Shown: positions 19,653-29,791, numbered from the stretch's first letter. The stretch: DNA of 64,000 bases from an uncultured Acidobacteriota bacterium (GCA_963779415.1 CAVZYA010000001.1:1952001-2016000), one strand, 5' to 3'. The notes: generated from the sequence alone by a model not told the origin. A program made the numbers and translations.

Positions 19653-20752
19653 TTTCCGTTCCCTGCCGGGACCGGAACGGCGAGCGGGACGCTCCCCGGG
19701 AACCACGAGCGGGTCCGGTTGCAGAACGCGCAGACGGAGAGCATCACGGGGACCTCCACGAGGACGCCGACGACGGTCGCGAGCGCGGCTCCCGACCCCG
19801 GTCCGTAGAGCGCGATGGCCGTGGCGACCGCCAGCTCGAAGAAGTTGCTCGCCCCGATCAGCGCCCCGGGCGCCGCGATGGAGTGGGGCACCTTCAGGAG
19901 CTTCATCAGGCCGTAGGTCAGGCCGGAGTTGAAGTAGACCTGGATCAGGAGCGGGATCGCGATCAGGACGACGTGGAGCCAGTTGCCGAGGAGGTTGTCG
20001 GCCTGGAAGGCGAAGATCAGGACGAGGGTCGCGAGAAGCGCCATGACGGTGATCGGGTGGAAGAAGCCGAGGAAGCGAGACTCGAACCACTCGATCCCCT
20101 TCGTCCGGATCAGAAGTGTCCGGCTGAGGCTCCCGAGCGCGAGCGGGATGACGATGAAAACGAGAACGCTCAGGAGGAGGACTTTGAAGGGCACCGTCAG
20201 GTTGCTCGCCCCGCTCACCAGGAGGGTCACGATCGGAGCGAAGGCGACGAGCATGATCAGGTCGTTCACGGAGACCTGGACGAGCGTGTAGGCCGGGTCG
20301 CCGTCGGTGAGGTACGACCAGACGAAGACCATCGCCGTGCAGGGAGCCGCCGCGAGGATGATGGCGCCGGCGATGTACTGGTCGGCGAGGCCTGCAGGGA
20401 TGAGGCCCGAGAAGACGTGCTTGAAGAAGAGCCACGCGAGAAAGGCCATCGAGAACGGCTTGACGAGCCAGTTCACGAAAAGTGTCACGAGGAGGCCCTT
20501 CGGCTTCTTCCGGACTCCCGCGAGGCTCGTGAAGTCGATCTTGAGCATCATGGGGTAGACCATCAGCCAGATCAGGACGGCGATGGCCACGTTGATCTGG
20601 CTCCCCTCGCCGAACTCGAGCTTCCGGATCGCGTCGGTCGCTCCTGGCAGAAGCTTGCCGAGGGTGACCCCCACGACCATGCAGAGCCCGACCCAGAGCG
20701 TCAGGTACCTCTCGAAGAAGTTGAGGCGCTTCGGCGCCGCCGGGTTGCTCAC
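19649..20752 (-). CDS. acr3: ACR3 arsenite efflux transporter
   Basis: [37 protein letters not shown]. Confidence 0.95.
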   Translation of the reverse strand: MSNPAAPKRLNFFERYLTLWVGLCMVVGVTLGKLLPGATDAIRKLEFGEGSQINVAIAVLIWLMVYPMMLKIDFTSLAGVRKKPKGLLVTLFVNWLVKPFSMAFLAWLFFKHVFSGLIPAGLADQYIAGAIILAAAPCTAMVFVWSYLTDGDPAYTLVQVSVNDLIMLVAFAPIVTLLVSGASNLTVPFKVLLLSVLVFIVIPLALGSLSRTLLIRTKGIEWFESRFLGFFHPITVMALLATLVLIFAFQADNLLGNWLHVVLIAIPLLIQVYFNSGLTYGLMKLLKVPHSIAAPGALIGASNFFELAVATAIALYGPGSGAALATVVGVLVEVPVMLSVCAFCNRTRSWFPGSVPLAVPVPAGNGK

Positions 20753-21609
20753 GATCCCCTCAGCCCTTCAGCGGCTTCTTCGCCCTCACGAAGGCGCTCA
20801 TGAACTTCCCGTCGGCATCCCGGGCGATCGACGACGTCGAGGCCGGCTTCCTCGAGAAAATCGCGCGCGTCATCAATGCCGTAGATCCGCGTCGGGACGA
20901 TCTCGACGTCCGTGAATCCCGCATCCCGTAGCTTCTTTTCGAACTCCTTCTCCTCGAGCGCCCCGGCGACGCATCCGATCCAGAGCTCGACGCTCTTCCT
21001 GATCGCCGAGGGCATCTCGCCCCGGACGACGACGTCGGAGACGGCGAAGCGTCCGCCCGGCTTCAGGACGCGGAACGCCTCGCGAAGCGACCGGTCCTTG
21101 TCGGCGGAGAGGTTGATGACGCAGTTGGAGATGATGACGTCGACCGAGCCGTCGGGGAGGGGGATCGCCTCCAGCTCGCCCTTGAGAAACTCGACGTTCG
21201 TGGCACCAGCCTCCGCAGCGTTCCTCCGGGCCAGATCGAGCATCTCGTCGGTCATGTCGAGGCCATAGACCTTTCCCGAAGGTCCGACCCGTTTTGCGGA
21301 GAGCAGCACGTCGATGCCGCCCCCCGAGCCGAGGTCGAGGACCGTTTCCCCCGGGCCGAGCGTCGCGAGAGCCGTCGGGTTGCCGCAGCCGAGCGACGCG
21401 CTCACCGCGGCCGTCGGGAGAAGCGCGCGTTTCTCGTCGGCCCCGTAGAGGTTCGAGGTGATCGGGTCGCGGGCCGCAGAGGCTCCCCCCACCGCTTCCC
21501 CCGCAGCAACTCGTCCCGCCGCAGCAGCCCGCTTTCCCCAGCCGCGACGCGCCTGGCCGCCTCGCCGTACTTCTCCTTTACGATCTCCTTGATGTCCGTC
21601 TTCGGTCAT
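20749..21609 (-). CDS. arsM: Arsenite methyltransferase, several compensating frameshifts at the ends
   Basis: [34 protein letters not shown]; alternative frames give [22 protein letters not shown] and [13 protein letters not shown]. Confidence 0.88.
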   Translation of the reverse strand: MTEDGHQGDRKGEVRRGGQARRGWGKRAAAAGRVAAGEAVGGASAARDPITSNLYGADEKRALLPTAAVSASLGCGNPTALATLGPGETVLDLGSGGGIDVLLSAKRVGPSGKVYGLDMTDEMLDLARRNAAEAGATNVEFLKGELEAIPLPDGSVDVIISNCVINLSADKDRSLREAFRVLKPGGRFAVSDVVVRGEMPSAIRKSVELWIGCVAGALEEKEFEKKLRDAGFTDVEIVPTRIYGIDDARDFLEEAGLDVVDRPGCRREVHERLREGEEAAEGLRGS

Positions 21610-21661
21610 GACGCCCTCCGATACCTTTCTAGAAATACCGATTTATCGTCGAAAAGAAATC

Positions 21662-22003
21662 TCACTCGCAGCACTTCGCGCCGCAAACGGATTCCGCCTT
21701 CGCGGCGGCGGCGCGAAGGAACACTCCGACGGCCGAGAGAGCCTCGTGGTTCAGCGAGTAGTGGATCCACCGCCCGTCCCGCCGGTCCGTGACGAGTCCG
21801 GCGTCCTTGAGGGCTTTCAGATGGAAGGAAAGGCGCGACTGCCCCGCGTCGAGCGCCTCCGCGAGGTAGCAGACGCACTGCTCGCCCGTGAGGAGCTTCG
21901 CGACGATCCTCAGCCGCGTCTCGTCGGAGAGGGCGTGGAAGAGCCGGGCCAGCCGCCCCAGCTCCTCGTCGCTCCCCAGCCGCTTCGTCACGGGGGATGT
22001 CAC
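21662..22003 (-). CDS. arsR: ArsR arsenic-responsive repressor
   Basis: FHALSDETRLRI, EQCVC, LSFHLKALKDAGL, C-terminal C..KCC. Confidence 0.9.
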   Translation of the reverse strand: MTSPVTKRLGSDEELGRLARLFHALSDETRLRIVAKLLTGEQCVCYLAEALDAGQSRLSFHLKALKDAGLVTDRRDGRWIHYSLNHEALSAVGVFLRAAAAKAESVCGAKCCE

Positions 22004-22008
22004 GTCAT

Positions 22009-22043
22009 ACAGATCAATATATCTAGATTTATTGATCTGTCAA
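22009..22043 (-). promoter_or_regulatory. ars operon promoter and 32-bp palindromic operator
   Basis: ACAGATCAATA-T-ATCTAGAT-T-TATTGATCTGT (22009-22040); minus strand TTGACA-N16-TATATT overlaps it. Confidence 0.8.
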
Positions 22044-22061
22044 GGGGCGCGCCCCGGATCG

Positions 22062-22790
22062 TCAGCGGCCGTCGAGACGATCCGCGAGCGCGAGGAGGAG
22101 CCTGCCGCCGTCGCCCGAGTACGCGCTCCCGTGCATGCAGGCGAGGGTCGTCGGGGCCAGCGCCGCGAACCGCTCGAGAGTGCTCCGCGTCGACGGGGTA
22201 TGCGCGTAGTAGTCCATCCCCTTCCGCATCGCCTCGCTCGGCGCAAGGACGTCGGCCGAGGTCAGGGCCGTGGCGCCGTCGCCCGGCTGAGTGAAGAGGT
22301 CGCCGCACAGGAACGTGCGCGTCGACTCCTCCATCAGGAAGCCGTTCTCCCAGGCGTGGGGAACGTGCGGCGCGTCGAGCCAGGTCACGCGATGGCGTCC
22401 GAGCACGAGCGTCTCGCCGTCGGCGAGCGCGCGCGGCGGCCGGTCCGCGAGGTCCGAGACGGAGACCATGGCGGCCACGCGGCTGCAGAGCGGGACGGCC
22501 CGCGGCGCGACCGCCAGCCAGTCGTTCAGCGACCCGCACTCGTCGGACTCCACGTGGCCGAAGCCGATGTACCGGAGCGACTCCGGCGGAAGCACGCGCT
22601 CAACGGCCTCCCGTACCGCCGGGAACAGCCGGCGTGGCCCCGTGTGAAAGAGAAGCGGTTCGTCGTCCACCACGAGGATCTGGTTGAAGGAGAACCCCCC
22701 CGGGATGACAGACACGGGTGTCGAGATGCGGTAGATGCCGTCGGCGATCTCGTCGACACGGGCGGCGGTATCGGCCCCTTTCGTGGTCAT
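22062..22790 (-). CDS. Stand-alone MBL-fold di-iron domain (flavodiiron/ODP-like)
   Basis: HVESDE, PHVPHAWE, CGDLF, CMHG; no flavodoxin domain. Confidence 0.8.
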   Translation of the reverse strand: MTTKGADTAARVDEIADGIYRISTPVSVIPGGFSFNQILVVDDEPLLFHTGPRRLFPAVREAVERVLPPESLRYIGFGHVESDECGSLNDWLAVAPRAVPLCSRVAAMVSVSDLADRPPRALADGETLVLGRHRVTWLDAPHVPHAWENGFLMEESTRTFLCGDLFTQPGDGATALTSADVLAPSEAMRKGMDYYAHTPSTRSTLERFAALAPTTLACMHGSAYSGDGGRLLLALADRLDGR

Positions 22791-22809
22791 GGTCGCGGTC
22801 CCCCTTAAT

Positions 22810-22843
22810 GAGACACGATCTTAGACCAGGTCTGATCTGTCTC
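22810..22843. promoter_or_regulatory. Imperfect inverted repeat (operator-like) upstream of MBL gene
   Basis: GAGACA.GATC..AGACC-A-GGTCT-GATC-TGTCTC. Confidence 0.45.
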
Positions 22844-22870
22844 GAAAATCTCGCGGGAAGATCGCAAGCC

Positions 22871-23446
22871 TCAGATCGCGCCGTTGTCCGGAAAGAGGAG
22901 CTCCTGCGGCTTGAGAAGCGGGAGGAGCGTCCCGACGACGATCTCGGCCCACCGCGGCCGCGCGGCCGGATCGAGGGCGACGTGCGGCACGTTCCACTCG
23001 CGAAGGGTCGACGCGATGAGCGCGTCGATGTCGTGCTGGAAGGCGAGGTCCGTGTCCCTCACGCCGTCGAAGCGGGGGTCGCCGAGGACCGGCACGCGGA
23101 AGAGGACGTCGTACGTCGCCGTCCAGGCCCGGACGAGGTGCTCGAGGACCTCGACGTGCGGCTCTCCGGCCGCCGCGCGCTTCAGGTAGCAGAAATTGTC
23201 GAGGACCGACCGGTCGCAGCAGACGACGTCGGCTTTCGCGGCGGCCTCGAGCTCCCACGCGATCTGCGTGTGGAGGATCCAGGCCTGCGCCTTGACCGTC
23301 GTTTCGCGATTGATCGGGAGGGGGCACTCGCGGGCGACCTCCCGGACCAGCTCGACCGAGAGGTCGCGCTTCTTGAGGCCCGCCGCGAGGTCGTAGCAGA
23401 GGGTGGTCTTCCCGACTCCGTGCGTTCCGATGAAGGCGACTTTCAT
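22871..23446 (-). CDS. P-loop NTPase, NadR/AAA_28 kinase-like
   Basis: GTHGVGKTT, EVAR, CDRSVLD, DGVR. Confidence 0.8.
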   Translation of the reverse strand: MKVAFIGTHGVGKTTLCYDLAAGLKKRDLSVELVREVARECPLPINRETTVKAQAWILHTQIAWELEAAAKADVVCCDRSVLDNFCYLKRAAAGEPHVEVLEHLVRAWTATYDVLFRVPVLGDPRFDGVRDTDLAFQHDIDALIASTLREWNVPHVALDPAARPRWAEIVVGTLLPLLKPQELLFPDNGAI

Positions 23447-23495
23447 CCCGGGGGGCGGAGGATACCAGTCGCTCCGCCCCCGGAAACCGCCGGTC

Positions 23496-24110
23496 CTACT
23501 TGCCGGACGTCATCTCGACGTTTACGACGAGCTGGGGCAGCCCTCCCGAGAAGCTCGAGAGGTCGAACTGGTCGCCCTTGAAGGAGGCCTGGATCGCGCC
23601 GTAGATCTTCCCGTCCCCCTTTCCCTGGGAGTCGACCGTAAAGAGGACGATGCCGATCGGATAGTTGGTCGACGCAGTCTGCTTGTACGCCCCCGCGAAG
23701 GAGATCGGCCGGCTCGAGACAAGAGCGACCTGCCGGCCGCCGTCCGGAAGCGCCTTCGACCGGATGACGGCGATCGGGTAGCCGAGGGAGGGTCCGATCC
23801 GGACCCAACCTTTCTGGTTCGTGTCGCTCCATGAGTACATCGTGTTGACGAGCTCCGTCTGCCCCTTATCCCTCAGGATCGCCTTGAGATCGGCGACCTC
23901 GGCGTCGGTGCTGAGCGCCGTGGCCTGGGCTTGGAGCATGACCGTCTGCGGTCCGGCCGACCCCATCGCGGAGATGACGCCGGTGAACTTCAGGGGGAGC
24001 GCCATCTGGTCCGCGGAAACCTTCGGCGCGGTCGAAGCGGATGGTGACCCCGAGCAGCCGGAGATCGCGGCTACAAGGAGAAAAGCGGGGACGAACGATT
24101 TCTTCGACAT
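23496..24110 (-). CDS. Hypothetical lipoprotein
   Basis: MSKKSFVPAFLLVAAISGC lipobox; GAGG RBS. Confidence 0.7.
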   Translation of the reverse strand: MSKKSFVPAFLLVAAISGCSGSPSASTAPKVSADQMALPLKFTGVISAMGSAGPQTVMLQAQATALSTDAEVADLKAILRDKGQTELVNTMYSWSDTNQKGWVRIGPSLGYPIAVIRSKALPDGGRQVALVSSRPISFAGAYKQTASTNYPIGIVLFTVDSQGKGDGKIYGAIQASFKGDQFDLSSFSGGLPQLVVNVEMTSGK

Positions 24111-24130
24111 GATGGCCTCTCTTTCCGTCC

Positions 24131-26467
24131 TCAGAATGGTGGTCTTCTTATCACGAGAACCGTCGTGTCGTCGGACGGCGGCCCCTCTCCCACGTGCCGC
24201 CGCCAGTCCGCGAACAAGGCCTCCACGATCGCTTCGGCGGGCCGCCGCCAGAGGCCGATCCCCTCGAGCACCGCCCGCGGGCGCTCGTAGCCGTACGGCG
24301 CGTCGAAGCGGTCCGGCCCCTCGAAGAGGCCGTCGGAGGCGAGGACGAGGATTCCGCCGGGGGCGAGCGTCAGCGGGACGTCGGCATACGTCCTCTCGGG
24401 CCCCTGTCCGAGCGGGAGGCCCGGAGCCGGAACCTCGGTCGCGCGCCCCTCCTGGACGTGGAGCGGGTACGGGTGGCCCGCGTTCGAGAGGAGCGCCTCT
24501 CCGCTCTTCGGATCGAGGCGAAGGAGGGCGAGAGACGTGAAGAGCCGCTCCGAGCGCCCCATCCGGAGGACGCGGTCCACCTCGCCGAGCACCGCCGACG
24601 GAGTCCGGTCCGCCTTGACGAGGCTGCCGAGCGCCGCCATGACCATCGCCTGCTGGATACCGCACGAGTAGCCGTGTCCGGACACGTCTCCGGCGGCGAT
24701 CCAGAGCCGCCCGTCTTCGTCCGGGAGAAAGTGGTAGAGGTCGCCCCCCGCCTCCGTTGCCAGCTCCGTTCGGACCGCGATCTCGAGCCCCGCGACCTCG
24801 GGGGGCTTTTCCGGAAGGAGAGCGAGCTGCATCCGGGAAAGAAGGTCCATCTCGTATTTCACCCGCCGCTCGCTCTCGAGCCGCCTCACGTATTCGGGCG
24901 CCTCGACGCGGGCGTCGTCTTCCTGCACCGGCCGGCGGAGGCCGACGAGGCCGAGCGCGACCAGAGCCACGAGGAGGAGGAGCGAGAGCCCCCCCGCGAG
25001 CAGCTGGTCGGGAAAGACGCGAATCGAGGCCGAGGCGTCGCGGAAGAGCGAGGCCGAAAGCGCGGCCACGAGGAGCGAGGCGAGCCCGAAGCGGTCGAAG
25101 ACGAAGAGGAAGACCGCCGCGATGGCGAGCGAAAGCGCAAGCGCCGCTCCCCACGGGTGAAGCGGTATCCCGTTCGAGAGGTAGAAGGCGAAGAGGATCG
25201 CCGCCGCCGACCCCGCCCACCGGCGCGGAAGGACGAATCGGAAGAGGGCCACGAGGAGGACGAAGAACCCCGTGTCGAACGCCGCCTCCCAGAACGGGTT
25301 CTTCATCCCGACCCAGAGCGGGAAGGGGAAGGAGGGCGCGGTCGGATACGCGCCGCCACGCGCCGAGAGAGCGGCGACGGTGAACCCGATCAGCGAGATT
25401 CCGAAGACAGCGGCGCCGGCGCCGATCCCGACGAGAAGGGAGCGCCCTCCGCGGGGGCCCAGCCTTCCCGCGGCGAAGGCATCGAGGCTCGTCGAGAAGC
25501 CGGGGACCGTGTCGCGGAGGAGCGACTCCCCGACGGCGAAGAGGGCGACGAGAAAGAGGATCCCCGCTGCGAAGGTCAGGACGAGAGGAACGACCGTCCA
25601 GGCGCCCCCGGACGTGGCCTCACCGCCGAGGCCGCCGACGAACATCGAGAGGGCGGCCGCGGCCCCAAGGACGAGGCCGATCCGAAAGCTCAGACGCCGC
25701 CTCGCGAGAAGAACGCCGAAGAGAACGAGCGTCACGAGGACGATGAGGACGAGCGGCGCCGCCTTCCAGAGGCCACGTGTCACCCGCTCGGCCGAGAGCA
25801 AGGCGCGCAGCGCGTCGGGATCGGCCAGCTCCCGCGAAACCTGGTACAGGACTCCCGCCGGCACGACCGTCACGAGCACCGAGGGGGCCTCCCCGGGCCG
25901 TGGTACGAGATGGCGCACGGTCACGGCCGTGTTGCTCACGGCCCAGGTCGACTCCCTGTCCCGCGCCGGCCGGCCTCCGGCGACCCAGTCGCCGATCTTC
26001 GCCACGAAGGCCTCGCGGGCCTTCTTCGTGGCGTCGTCCGGCGCGACGAACTGGAACATCGAGCCGCCCGGAAGCCACGAGACCCGGAGCGGAGAGCCGT
26101 CCGGGGCGAGCCAGGCGTCCAGAGGCCCGGCGCCGCCGGCGGGGACCTCGAGCGTTCCCGAGACGCGCCAGACGGCCGCTCCGCCCGACCCCGCGAGCCA
26201 GGCGCCCGCCCCGTTCCCGAGCCGGCTGTAGGCTCGTTCCCACGTCTTTCCCGGATCGGGACGCGCGGAGAGCGAGGTCCTCGCGTGTGTCAGAGTTCCA
26301 CCCCGCGATTCGAGCTCCGCCCCGACGCGCGCGGCGAACCCCGCATCCTCCGCGGGGCGCGTGCGCCACTCGGGGAGGATGGCGACGGCCGCGGCGAGAC
26401 CCACCACGAGGGCCATCCCTCCGGCGGCGAGCGGTCCGAGGGGAAGCCGCGTCGGCGTGGGGCTCAT
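24131..26467 (-). CDS. Membrane-anchored PP2C/SpoIIE protein phosphatase
   Basis: GGDLY, GDVSGHG, NAGHP, SDGLFE, DDTT; multi-TM N-terminal part. Confidence 0.88.
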   Translation of the reverse strand: MSPTPTRLPLGPLAAGGMALVVGLAAAVAILPEWRTRPAEDAGFAARVGAELESRGGTLTHARTSLSARPDPGKTWERAYSRLGNGAGAWLAGSGGAAVWRVSGTLEVPAGGAGPLDAWLAPDGSPLRVSWLPGGSMFQFVAPDDATKKAREAFVAKIGDWVAGGRPARDRESTWAVSNTAVTVRHLVPRPGEAPSVLVTVVPAGVLYQVSRELADPDALRALLSAERVTRGLWKAAPLVLIVLVTLVLFGVLLARRRLSFRIGLVLGAAAALSMFVGGLGGEATSGGAWTVVPLVLTFAAGILFLVALFAVGESLLRDTVPGFSTSLDAFAAGRLGPRGGRSLLVGIGAGAAVFGISLIGFTVAALSARGGAYPTAPSFPFPLWVGMKNPFWEAAFDTGFFVLLVALFRFVLPRRWAGSAAAILFAFYLSNGIPLHPWGAALALSLAIAAVFLFVFDRFGLASLLVAALSASLFRDASASIRVFPDQLLAGGLSLLLLVALVALGLVGLRRPVQEDDARVEAPEYVRRLESERRVKYEMDLLSRMQLALLPEKPPEVAGLEIAVRTELATEAGGDLYHFLPDEDGRLWIAAGDVSGHGYSCGIQQAMVMAALGSLVKADRTPSAVLGEVDRVLRMGRSERLFTSLALLRLDPKSGEALLSNAGHPYPLHVQEGRATEVPAPGLPLGQGPERTYADVPLTLAPGGILVLASDGLFEGPDRFDAPYGYERPRAVLEGIGLWRRPAEAIVEALFADWRRHVGEGPPSDDTTVLVIRRPPF

Positions 26468-26492
26468 CCGTCTCACGATACGCGAAGGGGCC

Positions 26493-27713
26493 TTACCGGG
26501 TTTTCGTCCTCCCCGCGCCCGGGTGAGATGGAATCTCGACGACGACCTCGGCGCCGGCGCCGGCCTCGAGGGTGAGCGGATAGGCGAGCAGTCCCGACGC
26601 GAGGCCGGAGGGATCTTCCGCGTCGTGCTCGGGAGGGACCCGTCCCGCTTCGAGATACGTCGTGACGTCTCCCGCCGCAAACGCCGCGGCGTTGAACGAG
26701 GCCGGCGGCCGTTGCGGAACGAGGGCGGGCGCGCCGTTCACGAGGAGCTGCCGGCCGTCCCAGCCGAGCGTCCGGATCGACGCGACCCGCCACGCCGCCC
26801 CGGCGGCATCCGTTACCGGTCTTGCGAGGAGCGGACGGACCGCGAGGGCGAGCGTGGCGACGAGCTTTTCCGCCGTCCGGTTCCGGAGGCGGTAGCGAAC
26901 GAGGATCCGGGACGCGCCGGGGGCTCCCTCGCAAACCGCGGTCACGTCGAGACCGACCTCCCGGGACGTCCAGGTCACCTTCGGAACCGGGCTCGTCTCT
27001 CCTTCCCTCGACGTCTCCGCCTTCACGTCCGCCCACGTCAGGAGACGGCCGCCGACCCGGACGAAGGGCTCGAGGAGGAAGAGCCCGTTCCCCGGTTGCA
27101 GGGCCCCGTCGGACGAGAGGAACGCGACGTCCCGGTCCCCTCCCGTGCCTGCTTGCACCCACGAGGACGGCTCGCCCCGGACGCCTCGCGGAAAGAGCCC
27201 GCGTCGCGCGTCGTTCGCCATGACGCCGTAGAGCGCCTCGGCCGATCCCGCGACCTCGGCCGGAAGGAGATCGACCTCCCGGATCCCGTAGGCGGGACCG
27301 TCCCCTTCCATGAGACGGAGCCTGAGATAGCGCCCGCCGGTACCGGGGAGACGGATCCAGCTCTTCTCGCCCGCGACGCCGTAGAGGCGGCGGAGAGTCC
27401 GCCATTCCGCTCCGTCGTCCGACGCCTCCACGATGAGAAAACCCGCGCCGAGCCCCGGCTCCCACGTCACGGCGAGGCCGCCGACCTTCCGCCCGGCGCC
27501 GAGGTCGATCCGGAACTCCTGCTCGCCGGAGCCTTCGCTCTGCCATGAGGTTTCGCGGTGGCCGTCCATCGCCGCCCCGGGCGGGTGTCCGGAGGCCGAC
27601 GACGACGCGCCCGGCTTCGGCGGCTCCTCCGCGGCGGCGCGAAGCGGACCCGGGAGCGCGACTCCGAGGAAGAGAGCGACGAGGAGGAGGAATCGCCCGG
27701 AGGAGTCAGCCAC
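26493..27713 (-). CDS. Secreted discoidin (F5/8 type C) domain protein
   Basis: Signal peptide; AAMDGHRETSWQS, IDLG, SDDGAEWR, RYLRL, GIREV. Confidence 0.75.
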   Translation of the reverse strand: MADSSGRFLLLVALFLGVALPGPLRAAAEEPPKPGASSSASGHPPGAAMDGHRETSWQSEGSGEQEFRIDLGAGRKVGGLAVTWEPGLGAGFLIVEASDDGAEWRTLRRLYGVAGEKSWIRLPGTGGRYLRLRLMEGDGPAYGIREVDLLPAEVAGSAEALYGVMANDARRGLFPRGVRGEPSSWVQAGTGGDRDVAFLSSDGALQPGNGLFLLEPFVRVGGRLLTWADVKAETSREGETSPVPKVTWTSREVGLDVTAVCEGAPGASRILVRYRLRNRTAEKLVATLALAVRPLLARPVTDAAGAAWRVASIRTLGWDGRQLLVNGAPALVPQRPPASFNAAAFAAGDVTTYLEAGRVPPEHDAEDPSGLASGLLAYPLTLEAGAGAEVVVEIPSHPGAGRTKTR

Positions 27714-28677
27714 GCCCGGCCGTGGGGGCCGCCACGAGGCCGGCCGTCATCTCCAGCATCCGGTCGATGGCGCGCTTGGCCCGGAGCCGGATCCCTTCCT
27801 CGACGTCGACTTCCGGGCCGAGATCCCTGAGGCAAAGGTAGAGCTTCTCGAGGGTGTTGAGCTTCATGTGCGGGCAGGTGTTGCAGGAGCAGCTCTCGTC
27901 CGGGGGGGCCGGGATCAGCTCCTTTTCCGGCGCAGCCTTCTTCATCTGGTGGAGGATCCCCTCCTCCGTCGCCACGATGAAGCTTCGCTTCGGCGAGGCC
28001 GCCACGTGCTTGAGGAGGCCCGAGGTCGAAGCGACGACGTGGGCGTGCCGGAGGACGGCTTCCTCGCACTCCGGATGGGCGATCAGCTCGGCGTCGGGAT
28101 GGCGCGCCATCAGCTCGAGAAGCTTCTTCTCCGAGAAGGTCTCGTGGACGACGCAGGTCCCCGGCCAGACGACGAAACGCCGGTTCAGCCTCTTCTCGAC
28201 CCACGCCGCGAGATTCCGGTCAGGGGCGAAGACGACCGGATCCGGGATCTGCCGGAGGATGTGCTCGGCGGACGAGGAGGTGACGATGACGTCCGAGAGC
28301 GCCTTCACCCCGGCGGAGCAGTTGATGTACGTCGCGACGGTGTGGCCGGGATAGCGTTTCAGCCATTCGGCGAAGAGCGGCGCCGGGCATCCGTCGGCGA
28401 GTGAGCAGCCGGCCGCGAGGTCGGGGACGACGACCTTCTTCTCCGGCGTCAGGATCTTCGCCGTCTCGGCCATGAAATGGACGCCGCAGAAGGCGATGAC
28501 GTTCTCCTTCGCCTCCCGCCCGCGGCGGGCCAGCTCAAGCGAGTCGCCGACGAAGTCGGCCAGGTCCTGGATCTCCGACTCCTGGTAGTAATGAGCGAGG
28601 ATGAGGGCTCCCCGCTCCTTCGCGAGCTTCCGGATCTCGCCCGCGAGGTCGGGCGGTGTCCCTCTCATGAAATCCAT
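27706..28677 (-). CDS. nadA: Quinolinate synthase
   Basis: ILAHYYQ, FCGVHFMAE, AGCSLA, YINCS, CVVH, AHPEC, CPHMK. Confidence 0.96.
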   Translation of the reverse strand: MDFMRGTPPDLAGEIRKLAKERGALILAHYYQESEIQDLADFVGDSLELARRGREAKENVIAFCGVHFMAETAKILTPEKKVVVPDLAAGCSLADGCPAPLFAEWLKRYPGHTVATYINCSAGVKALSDVIVTSSSAEHILRQIPDPVVFAPDRNLAAWVEKRLNRRFVVWPGTCVVHETFSEKKLLELMARHPDAELIAHPECEEAVLRHAHVVASTSGLLKHVAASPKRSFIVATEEGILHQMKKAAPEKELIPAPPDESCSCNTCPHMKLNTLEKLYLCLRDLGPEVDVEEGIRLRAKRAIDRMLEMTAGLVAAPTAGRG

Positions 28678-28753
28678 CTTAGCGCCCGGGGGAAGCCCGT
28701 CTCCCGTTTGCTAGACTTTCGCGCGGCCCGGCGAACGGGCCGGTTTCTTCGGA

Positions 28754-29791
28754 GTGAAGATGAGCGCTCAAGCCCCCGCCATATCGGCCTCGGCCGTCTC
28801 GCCATGGATCACGAGCCGGCGCTGGGACCTCTCCTGGCTCACCCTTTCGAGCCTTCTCGTGGCGGTCCCGCTCCTCGTGCACTCTTATTGGAGCGTGGGG
28901 GCGACGGGCGTCGACCTCCTCGTGACCCTGATGATCGGCGGCCCGCACATGTATGCCACCTTCCTCCGGACCGTCTTCGAGCCCCGCTTCCGGAACCTCC
29001 ACCCCGCCCTCGTCTGGACCCCGGTCTTCCTCGTGCCGGTCTTCGTGGTCTCGGGGGCGATCTTCGCCTTCACGGGGCTCCTGACGTTCTTCTTCACGGT
29101 CGCCTCGCTTCACGTCTGCGACCAGGCGGCCTACATCGGCTACCTCTACCGCGACAAGGGGGGCAGGGCGAAGCCGTGGGAGCGCCTCCTCGACTTCTCG
29201 GTCATCGCCGCCTCCCTCTATGCGGTCGCGATGTACCGGCACGTCGCCGGCACCTTCGTCATCGGCACCCGGACGCTCTGGTTCCCGCCGTTCCTCAAGC
29301 ACGCGTGGTTCGCCGACGCCTTCGCCGTCGGCGCGGCGGCGCTCATCGCCGCGTGGGCCGTGAAGAGCTGGAACCAGTGGCGGCGCGGCGAGCTCCGCTG
29401 GCCTTACCTCGTCTTCATGGGGCTCACGATGGGGATTGCGGCGATCATCACGCGGATCGGCGAGCTCTCCGTCGCCTTCCAGGGCTTCAACGCCTGGCAC
29501 TCGTTCCAGTACCTCGGCCTGACCTTCCTGCTCCTCACCCGCGCCGGGTCGATGGGGCAGGTGACGCTCGGCTTCGTGAAGCAGATGGCGGAGCCGGGGA
29601 AGTTCTACCGCTTCTACGGCTGGAACATCCTCTGGACGCTCGGCGCATCGGTCCTCATCGGCATCCTCGTCTACCTGATGGGGCTTCCGATCGAGCAGTG
29701 CTATTACGCGGTCGTCCTTTCGTTCCTCCTGACCCACTACTGCCACGACGCGGTCCTCTTCACTCTGGGGACGAAGCCCTCCGCGACGTGA
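28754..29791 (+). CDS. Uncharacterised polytopic membrane protein with conserved-looking His motifs
   Basis: About 9 TM segments; GPHMYAT, LHVCDQ, WHSFQY, THYCHD. Confidence 0.65.
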   Translation: MKMSAQAPAISASAVSPWITSRRWDLSWLTLSSLLVAVPLLVHSYWSVGATGVDLLVTLMIGGPHMYATFLRTVFEPRFRNLHPALVWTPVFLVPVFVVSGAIFAFTGLLTFFFTVASLHVCDQAAYIGYLYRDKGGRAKPWERLLDFSVIAASLYAVAMYRHVAGTFVIGTRTLWFPPFLKHAWFADAFAVGAAALIAAWAVKSWNQWRRGELRWPYLVFMGLTMGIAAIITRIGELSVAFQGFNAWHSFQYLGLTFLLLTRAGSMGQVTLGFVKQMAEPGKFYRFYGWNILWTLGASVLIGILVYLMGLPIEQCYYAVVLSFLLTHYCHDAVLFTLGTKPSAT

